Below, piece after piece: positions 48,994 to 61,494 of a stretch of 64,000 bases of DNA. The stretch's first letter is position 1, and every line of letters begins with the position of its first letter. The notes beneath the pieces are model-generated. The model did not search any database. It saw only the letters and a list, made by a program, of their open reading frames with translations, and was not told the origin of the DNA. The stretch is from Eledone cirrhosa (taxonomy: Eukaryota), in NCBI GenBank assembly GCA_964016885.1, contig OZ024742.1, positions 299,150,001 through 299,214,000 on the forward strand. The letters are read 5' to 3'. A program made the translations under genes and the position numbers.

Positions 48994-49200
48994 CGATATT
49001 AAATAAATGGAAACTATATTTATAAAACCATATTTATTTCATTATATATATTTCAGGGATGTCATATTAACAATATGCTATGCCTTCCTCAGACAAAATA
49101 CAATATAGACAGTTTTATAGATAAATAGATTTGACATACCGTTCAACATCGACTTGTATTTGAAAAGTTGATTTGGCAACATATATATACATATATATAC

Positions 49201-49239
<39 letters not shown>

Positions 49240-49309
49240 CATATATATACATATATATATATACATATATATACATATATATATATACATGTATATATAT
49301 ACATATATA

Positions 49310-50100
49310 TATTGTTATACTTTGGGAGGGTCATGTTGCCAATAAGAATCACACGCACCAGTTGCCTTCACTTCAATTTATTATAATAAATTTATGATAA
49401 ATTTATAAATTTATAAATTTCTGGTTGATTGGATCCACAACCAGATAGTTGTTTATATATTGTCATAGTTCTTTCGTCACACACTCTGTGACCTCTTCAG
49501 TGACTGGGGATTCCTTTCTTTGTTTCTGTGCCCCTCCTTTGTTCTGTCCTACGCCATTTTGTTTCTGTGTGTGTGTTGTGTGCTCAGTCTGCGCATGCGC
49601 CACATCCGGGTGTCTGTGTGTGTTTATGTTCATTTATTTATTTGTTTATTTACATGTTACTGGTTGGTTGTTTGTTCTCTGTGTGTGTGTGTTTTCATTT
49701 TGTCCTTAATTGTAAGTTGTGATGTTGCTGTTCCACTCATATTTTCTATTTAATTTTGGTTGTAATTCTTTTATGTTTATTGCCTCTGTGATTTGTCTAA
49801 ACATTGCGTCTTTTCTTTGTGTAGATTCTATTTTTATTTCTATGTTCTCTAATTTACCCTTGTGTTCTATTTTAGCATGTTGGTAGAGTACAGATGATTC
49901 TTTACTATCTTGAAGGTCTCGCCAGTGTTCATTTATCCGTACCCTTACACTACGAGCTGTCTTACCTATGTACACTATATTTTTGTCTCTACATTGTTCT
50001 TCAGTACATCTTATGCTATACACTACATTTCTAGTTTTACAGTTAATATGGGGGCTTATTTTACAGGTTATATATTTCTTATCTATACATGAGGGTCTTT
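49310..50100 (-). mobile_element. 3' end of a Penelope-like element: GIY-YIG endonuclease plus 3' terminal repeat
   Basis: [13 protein letters not shown]...VYIGKTAR...RINEH...QHAKIEH...[19 protein letters not shown] (stop at 49706), followed by a hammerhead motif. Confidence 0.92.
49462..49504 (-). ncRNA. Type I hammerhead motif in PLE 3' repeat
   Basis: gtca-CTGAAGA-g-gtcaca-gagtg-tgtgac-GAAA-gaac-TA-tgac. Confidence 0.78.
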
Positions 50101-50179
50101 GAAAAGGGTATGTCTTGCTATGTCTTATAAGATAAAGAATCTTGCTAAACAAATTCAGAAACGAAATACATATATATAC

Positions 50180-50212
<33 letters not shown>

Positions 50213-50393
50213 CATATATCTACATATATATATATATACATATATATATATACATATATACATATATATACATATATATATACATATATATATACATATA
50301 TACATATATATATACATATATACATATATATACATATATACATATATATACATATATATATACATATATACATATATATACATATATATATAC

Positions 50394-50446
<53 letters not shown>

Positions 50447-50698
50447 CATATATATACACATATATATATATATATACATATACACATATATATATATATA
50501 CATATATATACATATATATATACATATACACATATATATATATACATATATATACATATATATATACATATATACATATATATGTATATATATATACATA
50601 TATATACATATATATGTATATATATACATATATATATATACATATATATATATACATATATATACATACATATATATACATATATATATACATACATA

Positions 50699-50738
<40 letters not shown>

Positions 50739-50821
50739 CACATACATATATATGTACATACATATATATATATACACATACATATATATATACATACATA
50801 TATATATACATACATATATAT

Positions 50822-50892
<71 letters not shown>

Positions 50893-50893
50893 G

Positions 50894-50932
<39 letters not shown>

Positions 50933-50933
50933 G

Positions 50934-51014
<81 letters not shown>

Positions 51015-51112
51015 TTTACACATATATATATATACATACACATGCATATACGTGTTTTGCAACCGGCCACTTTGTGGCTCAATGAAAAATTAATAAATTA
51101 AACAATCAGAGC

Positions 51113-51410
51113 TATATATCATAAAACATGTCTATAGAATCACAAGATAAAATCAATACTATTTCCTCTTCCAATTAGCATAATTAACTATATAAAAAAT
51201 CGAATAGACCAGGCTATAAGAATGAGGCTTCTATGAAGGAATCTCCGACAAATAACCAAAACTAGCGCTCCGCGTCGGCCGTAGTGGAATATTTATCGAA
51301 TATTTCGACAGCGTAATCGCCTAGACACAGTCAACTAAGCAGAATTAGGTTTAAAATAAACTAGGAGAAAACAGAAAACATTTATCTTGTGATTCTATAG
51401 ACATGTTTTA

Positions 51411-51419
<9 letters not shown>
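51113..51419. mobile_element. ~300-bp element bounded by ~38-bp perfect inverted repeats
   Basis: tatatatcataaaacatgtctatagaatcacaagataaa at 51113-51151 and its reverse complement at 51381-51419. Confidence 0.65.
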
Positions 51420-51460
<41 letters not shown>

Positions 51461-51473
51461 ATATTTATTATAA

Positions 51474-51735
51474 TAACAGATTAAAGTTTAAGCAAAGAAT
51501 AGCTGCTTTCACCCTTAACGGGATCTTTTGAAATATCGACTTCTGCGTTTACAGACTGACTTTGTTAGTTTCAGAAGATCCCTTTAAGTGTGAAAGCAGC
51601 GATTCTTTCCTTAAACTTTAATCTGTTATTTTAATAAATATTTGCTCTACGGTTCTTATATATTTGATATATATTTATATATTTATGCTTATCGTGCCCT
51701 CTTTGGATTTTAGTCTTCAAATTTATTATTATTAC

Positions 51736-51740
<5 letters not shown>
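51474..51740. mobile_element. PLE terminal repeat with inverted 5' part
   Basis: Same family as 1734-1868 and 39640-39780. Confidence 0.75.
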
Positions 51741-51795
<55 letters not shown>

Positions 51796-51971
51796 GATTC
51801 TGTCAATATAAGTACATCACAAGTCTAAACACTAAAGATGCATGTGTGAGTATGTATGTTCTTTCTTGAACATGGCGAACCTTGTTGTCTCTTGAGGTCA
51901 CTTGTTGTGACTTGGTGATAACTCGTATGAACATAAAGCAAGATAAATGCAACTGTAATAATAATAATAAG

Positions 51972-52925
51972 AAGAAACAACTGCTACAGAAACTGGCTAA
52001 GAAATGGCAAGAAAAGCCTCTGTATGGAAATTACCCAGAACGAGCTTACAATCCTGATGTTGACAAAGCTTTAACCCATCAGTGGTTGGCATCCTCTGGA
52101 TTGAAATCGGAGACTGAAGGACTGATTATATCAGCACAAGATCAGTGTCTGCCAACAAAAAATTACCAAGCCAACATAATAAAAAATGGATGCAGCCCAT
52201 TATGCCGTGTATGCAAAAAACAACCAGAGACCATTGACCATATAATTTCAATGTGCAGTCCTATAGCTCCAACCGAATACCTAAACAGGCATGACAGAGC
52301 TGCACAATACATACATTGGATAATGTGTAAGCATTTTGACCTGCCCCATCAAAAGAATTGGTGGGAGCATCAACCAGTTCCCATACTTGAAAAAGATCAC
52401 ATCTCAATCTTGTGGAACTTTAGCATCCAAACAGAGCGAAAAATAGATGCAAATAGACCTGATATAATATTGAAGGACTTTAAAAAGAGGGTATGCCTGC
52501 TAATTGATATGTCCGTTCCAATAGACAAGAATGTATCTATAAAAACATTTGAAAAATTGAGCAAGTATAAGGACCTGGAGATAGAAATTGGAAAAATGTG
52601 GAAATTGAGAACTAAAACAATACCAGTGGTTGTAGGCGCTCTGGGAATGATACCTAAGGGGTCTAATGATTACTTATCGCAAATCCCAGGAAACCCGCGT
52701 ATAGGAGAAATACAAAAGATAGTACTAATGGGAACTGCCCATATACTAAGGAAGATTCTGTCAAAATAAAAACATCACAAGTCTAAACACTAAAGATGCA
52801 TGTGTGAATATGTATGTTCTTTCTTGAACATGGCGGACCTTGTTGTCTCTTGAGGTCACTGGTTGTGACTTGGTGATAACTCGTATGAACATAAAGCAAG
52901 ATAAATGCAACTGTAATAATAATAA
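51972..52925 (+). mobile_element. 5'-truncated R4/Dong-clade non-LTR retrotransposon (CCHC knuckle + RLE), open to its stop at 52769
   Basis: WQEKPLYG...LKSETEGLIISAQDQ...CRVC...ETIDHIISMC...RHD...ANRPDII...IDMSVP...KLSKYKDL...IPVVVGALG. Bounded by (TAA)n. The first ~30 aa of the listed ORF come from an upstream 3' UTR copy. Confidence 0.92.
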
Positions 52926-52939
52926 GAAGAAGAAAAAGA

Positions 52940-53347
52940 AAATTAGCCCCGCCACGCTTTTTGGAACGCTTCAAAAGGCATGCTTGCTGAGAACAGCAAG
53001 AACCCTCCGATACGTCCTGAATATCTGAGGCTGCAGGTAGTGGCTTGATATTCATTTCAACAAACTTTCCAGTTAACTAATATCAATGACTGAGACACAA
53101 AGAACAATAATAATAATAATAATTAGGTACTATCTCAAAAAGTTTCCAGGGATGGTTAAAGAAAATTGGCCCCGCCACGCTTTTTGGAACGCTTCAAAAG
53201 GCATGCTTTCTGGGAATAGCAAGAACACTCCGATACGTCATGAATACCTGAGGCTGCAGGTAGTGGCTTGATATTCATTTCAACAAATTTCCAGTTAACT
53301 AACATCAATGACTGAGACACAAAGAACAATATAATAATAATAATAAT

Positions 53348-53350
<3 letters not shown>
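52940..53350 (+). mobile_element. Two tandem 3' ends of a second R4-like family
   Basis: LQKACLLRTARTLRYVLNI* resembles IQKIVLMGTAHILRKILSK*. Repeated at ~52940-53120 and ~53160-53350, each ending in (taa)n. Confidence 0.75.
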
Positions 53351-53383
<33 letters not shown>

Positions 53384-53547
53384 CGAAGGAAATGTGGTAA
53401 GGAACCAGGTGGACCATAACGCACCAAAATACTCAATACTTAGGGTAGTAGAGTGGGTAATAGGAACAAGTAAGACCCCGACGGCTGATCTCAAGCCGTT
53501 TCGACGGCTAATTCTGGACTCTCACCACACATTATGAACCTGAAGAA

Positions 53548-53730
53548 GCGGTGGATTGGCAGTATCGGTAGAGAGTCGGACGCCATGCTTTCCAGCATAG
53601 TTACGTCCCTTTACGATCTGAGTTCAAATCCCGCCGAGGTTGACTTTGCCTTTCATCCTTACGGGGTCGATAAAATAAAGTACCAGTAATGCACTGGGTA
53701 ATTGCTGGCCTTGTGCCTAAAGTAGAAACA
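53548..53730 (+). mobile_element. Young tRNA-derived SINE with 16-bp TSD
   Basis: TSD attatgaacctgaaga at 53531-53546 and 53731-53746. Confidence 0.93.
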
Positions 53731-54156
53731 ATTATGAACCTGAAGATTGCGAAAGCATGAAAGTATTTGCTCAATTAACACTTAACATTTAATATTCTAC
53801 CATACTAATTCATTCTAATACCATTATAAATTTTAAAGGATTGTAAATAAAACGAGTAAATCAGACAAAGTTGGAATTCCTTTTATTAATATATATATAT
53901 ATATATATATGTGTATGTATTTATATATATATATGTATGTATATATATTTATATATTTATATATATATGTATGAATATATATTTATATATATATATATAT
54001 ATGTATATATATTTATATATATATGTATGTATATATATTTATATATTTATATATATATATGTATATATATTTATATATTTATATATATATATATGTATGT
54101 ATGTATATATATTTATATATATATATATATGTATGTATATATATTTATATATATAA

Positions 54157-54475
54157 ACGGAGAAAATGAAACGAAATTTCATTTCCCACTCTTAGTACGG
54201 CTGTTACTTAAATATAAGTATGTACACGTACATACATATATGTATACAGACGTACAGTAGTATGTATATATATATACATACATGCACACATATATATATG
54301 TACGTATGGATTCACCGAACATTTATTATAATGCTCGGTGTGATTGTAAACAAACAACCCGTATTAAGCCGTAGTGTCTAGCAACCATCGTTGCTCGTTT
54401 GTTCAACACTGACAAAGGAACGCTGTACTAGTTTCAAGCTATCGTCAGCAACGTATACCTTCCTGCCAGGCTAAA
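54157..54475 (-). mobile_element. Hammerhead-bearing short element (second copy 63650-63915)
   Basis: The two copies share ~260 bp. Minus-strand cgttg-CTGACGA...GAAA-ctag-TA-cagcg. Confidence 0.75.
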
Positions 54476-54844
54476 AAGTCAGACATGGGATATAAGGAAA
54501 ATCAATCAGTATTTCATATAAAAAATAATAATAAAGTCATACCTTAATATCTGGAAATCATATCTGGCCACCAAGATTATATATTTAATACATTAACAGA
54601 GAAAGCCTTAAGCGATACTCTGACCAACTCCATCTCACTCAATACACATTAGGATATACCTAAGTATTCTCCCAATTTAGTGTTTGGGGTGCTAACTAAT
54701 CAGTATTCTGTGGATAGCAGGTTGTATTATTTTATATGAGAGATAATTAAATAGAAAATGAAAGGTAGAGTTAATAACTCACAATGAAACCCTGCAATTA
54801 ACAAGCTCAAAGAATAAATACTGAGCATTATAATAATATATGCA

Positions 54845-54910
<66 letters not shown>

Positions 54911-54964
54911 AAATAACGAAACGAAATTAAATTTCGTTTCTCTAGAGAGGCCGGAAGATAGGTA

Positions 54965-55009
54965 AATATTGCTGATGAGTTGTAACAACAACGAAACTAG
55001 TTCAATATT
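54965..55009 (+). ncRNA. Type I hammerhead ribozyme, canonical core
   Basis: aatattg-CTGATGA-gttgt-aaca-acaac-GAAA-ctag-TT-caatatt: 7-bp helix I, 5-bp helix II, palindromic helix III ACUAGU. Confidence 0.88.
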
Positions 55010-55432
55010 CCTTGTCTGGCTTTCTGGAGAATAGAGGAAAGGTGTTTCCTCAAAAACCAGTATGACTCTAAAAACCGGTTTGTCTGTGTGTTTACATACA
55101 GAATAGCTGGCCACTCACAGTAAAGTGACCAGTGAAAAAAACTTGGTACATCTACATATGTATACGTGTGTGTATTCATATACATACTAGTATTTCAGTA
55201 TACATATATGGATGTACATCTTTGACTTAATTGTTTAAGCGTCAGTCATACAAAAGTGAGTTACAAACGAAACGAAATTTAATTTCGTTTCGTTATTTGT
55301 TTTTATCGTCTCCGTTGAACCGGTACTTACTCACACTCTATGCAAATTAGTCTGCCGACTACCAATTTTCATAGAAAAAGCATATAACGATATGTGCTTT
55401 TACGATTCTCTAGAGAGGCCGGAAGATAGGTA

Positions 55433-55477
55433 AATATTGCTGATGAGTTGTAACAACAACGAAACTAGTTCAATATT
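55433..55477 (+). ncRNA. Type I hammerhead ribozyme, identical second copy
   Basis: Same sequence 468 bp downstream. Confidence 0.88.
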
Positions 55478-56573
55478 CCTTGTCTGGCTTTCTGGAGAAT
55501 AGAGGAAAGGTGTTTCCTCAAAAACCAGTATGACTCTAAAAACCGGTTTGTCTGTGTGTTTACATACAGAATAGCTGGCCACTCACAGTAAAGTGACCAG
55601 TGAAAAAAACTTGGTACATCTACATATGTATACGTGTGTGTATTCATATACATACTAGTATTTCAGTATACATATATGGATGTACATCTTTGACTTAATT
55701 ATATATATATAACTTTACTGAGTTTAATTTAAAAGTAAAGTAATGCAGTATGTTTGTTGTTATTAAGCCTGTAAGAGTGACAGTGCTGCTACAAATGGAC
55801 AGTTTAATTATGTCGGCGATTGTTTAAAATGAAATTCCAATGAAGTATTCGGTTGTATATGCATATGAACAAAGGCTATCAACTACTACCCTACAGTAAA
55901 GTACAACTTGGATTATTAAGTAATCTTAAAGAAAAATAGGAGTTGAACATTTATGATTAACTTTTATGAAAAATTGGAAATCTACCAACATAATTTCATC
56001 ACTGTTATCAATCTTTGCCTGATTATCGCTTTACTGTTTGTTTCTCTTCAGATTTATTGCTATAAACCGTGTGTCATTATCTATGTATCGTGGGGATATT
56101 GTGTAAATATTGCGCCAAATTTAAGCCAAACTTGCCATTCGTCTTCTCTTGATTTCAGAGTAAATAGTAAGAAGTACAAATATTATCTGCGTGAGGTTCA
56201 ATTAACTCTGCCACTACATGAAACATGAACTCAAATAGTTCTTTTACTGTTTTCAGTAAAGCTGCCACCTTAAAAAGATTTAGTTGATAATATCATAGTC
56301 AGAGAATTCTCTTTTTTTTTTTTGTAATTATAGTAAATATTTCTTTGATCCCTTTTTACATGAAAACCCACGTTATGACACATGGACAAAGAGTAAACAT
56401 GAACACTAGTGCGCATACACATTATATATCTATGCATATATATGTATAGATTGTGTCCTAAAAAAATGCATACACACTTTGATTAGCTATACAGACAATA
56501 TTTATTATAATGCTGTTGAAGTGTGAATTCGTTGTTTTGTGACACCCGTTATCCCTTTATATATATAAATATA

Positions 56574-56613
<40 letters not shown>

Positions 56614-56824
56614 TATATAAATATATATATAGGAACAAGTAAGACCCAGACGGCTGAGCTCAAGCCGTTTCGACGGCTAATTCCAGACTGATGATATTTG
56701 ATTTTGAAATGCGCATAATAAAATACATGGAACTCTTTAAACATCTTTTGATCTTATATATTATATATGTATATATATATATGTGTGTATATATATATAC
56801 ATATATATATATATGTATATATAT

Positions 56825-57432
56825 GGTGGCTGCCAACTCGTTTTCGAGTACGGCCACTACTATATATCCATGTAGGAGAACCCCTACCGATGCGCTGAAC
56901 GAGTGTGACTTTTTAGTCCAGCCAGCGACTTGAAAACTCTGGTACAAACACTACACTTGTGACAATTATTGACACATAGTGCTGGGCCCATGGTACCATG
57001 TGACGACAAGTGCAGAGAGATCTCCAGATATAAAGCAATGCCTGTGCCGTGAAGCTTTTATAGTGAGCAAAGGCACTGCACAAAGCCAGTCCCACTCTCT
57101 TAACCAAGATGATATTTACCAAAAATAAAAACAAGTCAACATCATTGAATACCATCAGGGTTGCAGGTGTTATATCAGAGTTTTCCTTCTCCTAGAATTC
57201 TGCCTTGACAAAGGCTAAGGGGTCATCTCTCCCGGTGATTTTGGTTGGCCATTGACTCTTAAGAGCTCCTTTGCCCTTTGACAGGTTTTGTTTTTAGTCC
57301 TGCAGGATGTCCAAAGTCACCCTCCTCACCAAGAAACCTTGGTGGGGTTGCCAGTTTAGTCGCCAACGACCCGACCATGGGACGGGTTGTACTGGAATAC
57401 ATGTTACCAGTAGCACCAACTGGTGACCTGAC
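56825..57432 (-). mobile_element. 608-bp non-autonomous RTE-derived element, copy 2
   Basis: As copy 1. Finger [23 protein letters not shown] at ~56884-56955. Confidence 0.8.
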
Positions 57433-57544
57433 ATAATGTATATATATATATATGTATATATATACATATATATATACATGTATATATGCATATATATATG
57501 CATAAATATATATATGTATATACATATATATGTATATATATATG

Positions 57545-57605
<61 letters not shown>

Positions 57606-57606
57606 G

Positions 57607-57688
<82 letters not shown>

Positions 57689-57967
57689 TATACATATACA
57701 TATATATATACATGTATATATGCATATATATATGCATATATATATGTATATATGTATATATATATACATATATGTATATATATATATATACATATATGTA
57801 TATATGTATATATATATATACATAAATATATATATATATATATATACATACATATATATATATATATACACACATATATATATATATATACACACACATA
57901 TATATATATATACACACACATATATATATATATATATACACACACATATATATATATACATATATAA

Positions 57968-58316
57968 TATATAAGATCAAAAGATGTTTAAAAGTGTTCC
58001 ATGTATTTTATTATGCGCATTTCAAAATCAAATATCATCATACGATGACATTGGCGTTTTCGTCATATAAAATAAGGAGACATGATATGAAGGTTAATAA
58101 ATAGTTGTGAATAGTGCAGTTTTAAATCAATTATATGTTTTAAATAAATTATATGTTGATTTAAACCTGCACTATTCACAAGTGTTTTTTAACATTCATA
58201 TCATGTCTCCCTATTTTATCTGACGAAAACGCAAATGTCATCGCATGTTGATATTTGTTTTTGAAATGCGCATAATAAAATACATGGAACTCTTTTAACC
58301 ATCTTTTGATCTTATA
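57968..58316. mobile_element. ~350-bp palindromic element with hammerhead in each arm
   Basis: Inverted arms centred near 58140. Repeated at ~59647-59993. Degenerate relative at ~3490-3600. Confidence 0.85.
58201..58287 (+). ncRNA. Type I hammerhead ribozyme
   Basis: tcatg-tctccc-tattttat-CTGACGA-(14-bp helix II, 1 mismatch)-GAAA-tgcgca-TA-ataaaata-catgg. Confidence 0.88.
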
Positions 58317-58439
58317 TATTATTTATACTCCAGTCCTACAAACTGTACAATGCTACTTATCCGATATCTGCATTGCTTTATTGTACTAAAATATAACTCA
58401 CCTCCTACATTATATACATATATATATATATATACATAC

Positions 58440-58519
<80 letters not shown>

Positions 58520-58553
58520 GTATATATATATTTACATATGTATATATATATAT

Positions 58554-59161
58554 GGTGGCTGCCAACTCGTTTTCGAGTACGGCTACTACTTTATATCCAT
58601 GTAGGAGAACCCCTACCGATGCGCTGAACGAGTGTGACTTTTTAGTCCAGCCAGCGACTTGAAAACTCTGGTACAAACACTACACTTGTGACAATTATTG
58701 ACACATAGTGCTGGGCCCATGGTACCATGTGACGACAAGTGCAGAGAGATCTCCAGATATAAAGCAATGCCTGTGCCGTGAAGCTTTTATAGTGAGCAAA
58801 GGCACTGCACAAAGCCAGTCCCACTCTCTTAACCAAGATGATATTTACCAAAAATAAAAACAAGTCAACATCATTGAATACCATCAGGGTTGCAGGTGTT
58901 ATATCAGAGTTTTCCTTCTCCTAGAATTCTGCCTTGACAAAGGCTAAGGGGTCATCTCTCCCGGTGATTTTGGTTGGCCATTGACTCTTAAGAGCTCCTT
59001 TGCCCTTTGACAGGTTTTGTTTTTAGTCCTGCAGGATGTCCAAAGTCACCCTCCTCACCAAGAAACCTTGGTGGGGTTGCCAGTTTAGTCGCCAACGACC
59101 CGACCATAGGACAGGTTGTACTGGAATACATGTTGCCAGTAGCACCAACTGGTGACCTGAC
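58554..59161 (-). mobile_element. 608-bp non-autonomous RTE-derived element, copy 3
   Basis: Near-identical to copy 2. Confidence 0.8.
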
Positions 59162-59259
59162 ATAATGTATATATATATATATGTATATATATACATATAT
59201 ATATACATGTATATATATATGCATAAATATATATATGTATATACATATATATGTATATA

Positions 59260-59359
<100 letters not shown>

Positions 59360-59548
59360 TATACATATACGTATATATATACATGTATATATGCATATAT
59401 ATATGCATATATATATGTATATATGTATATATATATACATATATGTATATATATATATATACATATATGTATATATGTATATATATATATACATAAATAT
59501 ATATATATATATATATATATATTTACATACATATATATATATATACAC

Positions 59549-59579
<31 letters not shown>

Positions 59580-59877
59580 TATATATATATATACACACAC
59601 ATATATATATATATATACACACACATATATATATACATATATAATATATAAGATCAAAAGATGTTTAAAAGTGTTCCATGTATTTTATTATGCGCATTTC
59701 AAAATCAAATATCATCATACGATGACATTGGCGTTTTCGTCATATAAAATAAGGAGACATGATATGAAGGTTAATAAACAGTTGTGAATAGTGCAGTTTT
59801 AAATCAATTATATGTTTTAAATAAATTATATGTTGATTTAAACCTGCACTATTCACAAGTGTTTTTTAACATTCATA

Positions 59878-59963
59878 TCATGTCTCCCTATTTTATCTGA
59901 CGAAAACGCAAATGTCATCGCATGTTGATATTTGTTTTTGAAATGCGCATAATAAATACATGG
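59878..59963 (+). ncRNA. Type I hammerhead ribozyme (tandem copy)
   Basis: Same as 58201-58287, with a 1-nt deletion in the helix I 3' strand. Confidence 0.82.
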
Positions 59964-60117
59964 AACTCTTTTAACCATCTTTTGATCTTATATATTATTT
60001 ATACTCCAGTCCTACAAACTGTACAGTGCTACTTATCCGATATCTGCATTGCTTTATTGTACTAAAATATAACTCACCTCCTACATTATATACATATATA
60101 TATATATATATACATAC

Positions 60118-60195
<78 letters not shown>

Positions 60196-60227
60196 GTATA
60201 TATATATTTACATATGTATATATATAT

Positions 60228-60532
60228 GGTGGCTGCCAACTCGTTTTCGAGTACGGCTACTACTTTATATCCATGTAGGAGAACCCCTACCGATGCGCTG
60301 AACGAGTGTGACTTTTTAGTCCAGCCAGCGACTTGAAAACTCTGGTACAAACACTACACTTGTGACAATTATTGACACATAGTTTTGGGCCCATGGTACC
60401 ATGTGACGACAAGTGCAGAGAGATCTCCAGATATAAAGCAATGCCTGTGCCGTGAAGCTTTTATAGTGAGCAAAGGTACTGCACAAAGCCAGTCCCACTC
60501 TCTTAACCAAGATGATATTTACCAAAAAGAAG

Positions 60533-60533
<1 letters not shown>
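60228..60533 (-). mobile_element. RTE-derived element, copy 4 (3' half only)
   Basis: Matches the first ~305 bp (plus-strand) of the other copies, then runs into microsatellite. Confidence 0.8.
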
Positions 60534-60564
<31 letters not shown>

Positions 60565-60603
60565 GTATATATATATATGTATATATATATATGTATACAT
60601 ATG

Positions 60604-60635
<32 letters not shown>

Positions 60636-60664
60636 TATGTATAAATATATATATATATGTATAA

Positions 60665-60712
<48 letters not shown>

Positions 60713-60718
60713 GTATAA

Positions 60719-60800
<82 letters not shown>

Positions 60801-61042
60801 GTATATATGTATATATATATATGTATATATATATATGTATATATATATATATTTATACATATATATATATATACACATATAATATATATATATACATATA
60901 TATACACATATAATATATATATACATATATATATATACACATATGTATATGTATACAGATATATATATATATACACATATATATGTATACATATATATAT
61001 ATGTATACACATATATATATGTATACATATATATATATATAC

Positions 61043-61125
<83 letters not shown>

Positions 61126-61144
61126 CGTATATATATATATATAC

Positions 61145-61297
<153 letters not shown>

Positions 61298-61350
61298 CAT
61301 ACATATATATATATATACATATATATATACATATATATATACATATATAC

Positions 61351-61381
<31 letters not shown>

Positions 61382-61411
61382 AACATATATATATATACAC
61401 ATATATACATA

Positions 61412-61447
<36 letters not shown>

Positions 61448-61461
61448 CGCTCATCAGAAAA

Positions 61462-61492
<31 letters not shown>

Positions 61493-61494
61493 AA

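Larger units (their letters stand above)
54907..55700 (+). mobile_element. Non-coding element with two ~295-bp direct repeats, each carrying a hammerhead (retrozyme / non-autonomous PLE-like)
   Basis: 54938-55232 matches 55406-55700. 54907-54940 is the reverse complement of ~55270-55303. Flanked by (TA)n. Confidence 0.85.

Noticed and set aside
51882-51971. N-terminus of the 295-aa ORF
   Set aside because: Derived from a duplicated 3' UTR plus TAA repeat fused in frame by chance.
57330-57432. HDV-like ribozyme at the 5' end of the RTE-derived element
   Set aside because: Plausible by analogy with RTE 5' ends, and hairpins are present, but I could not assign P1/P1.1/P2/P3 by eye. It needs a descriptor search.
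58020-58085. Minus-strand hammerhead in the left arm of the palindrome
   Set aside because: Core reads AUGACGA (C3A, breaking the 3-8 pair); likely inactive. The same holds in the 59700 copy.
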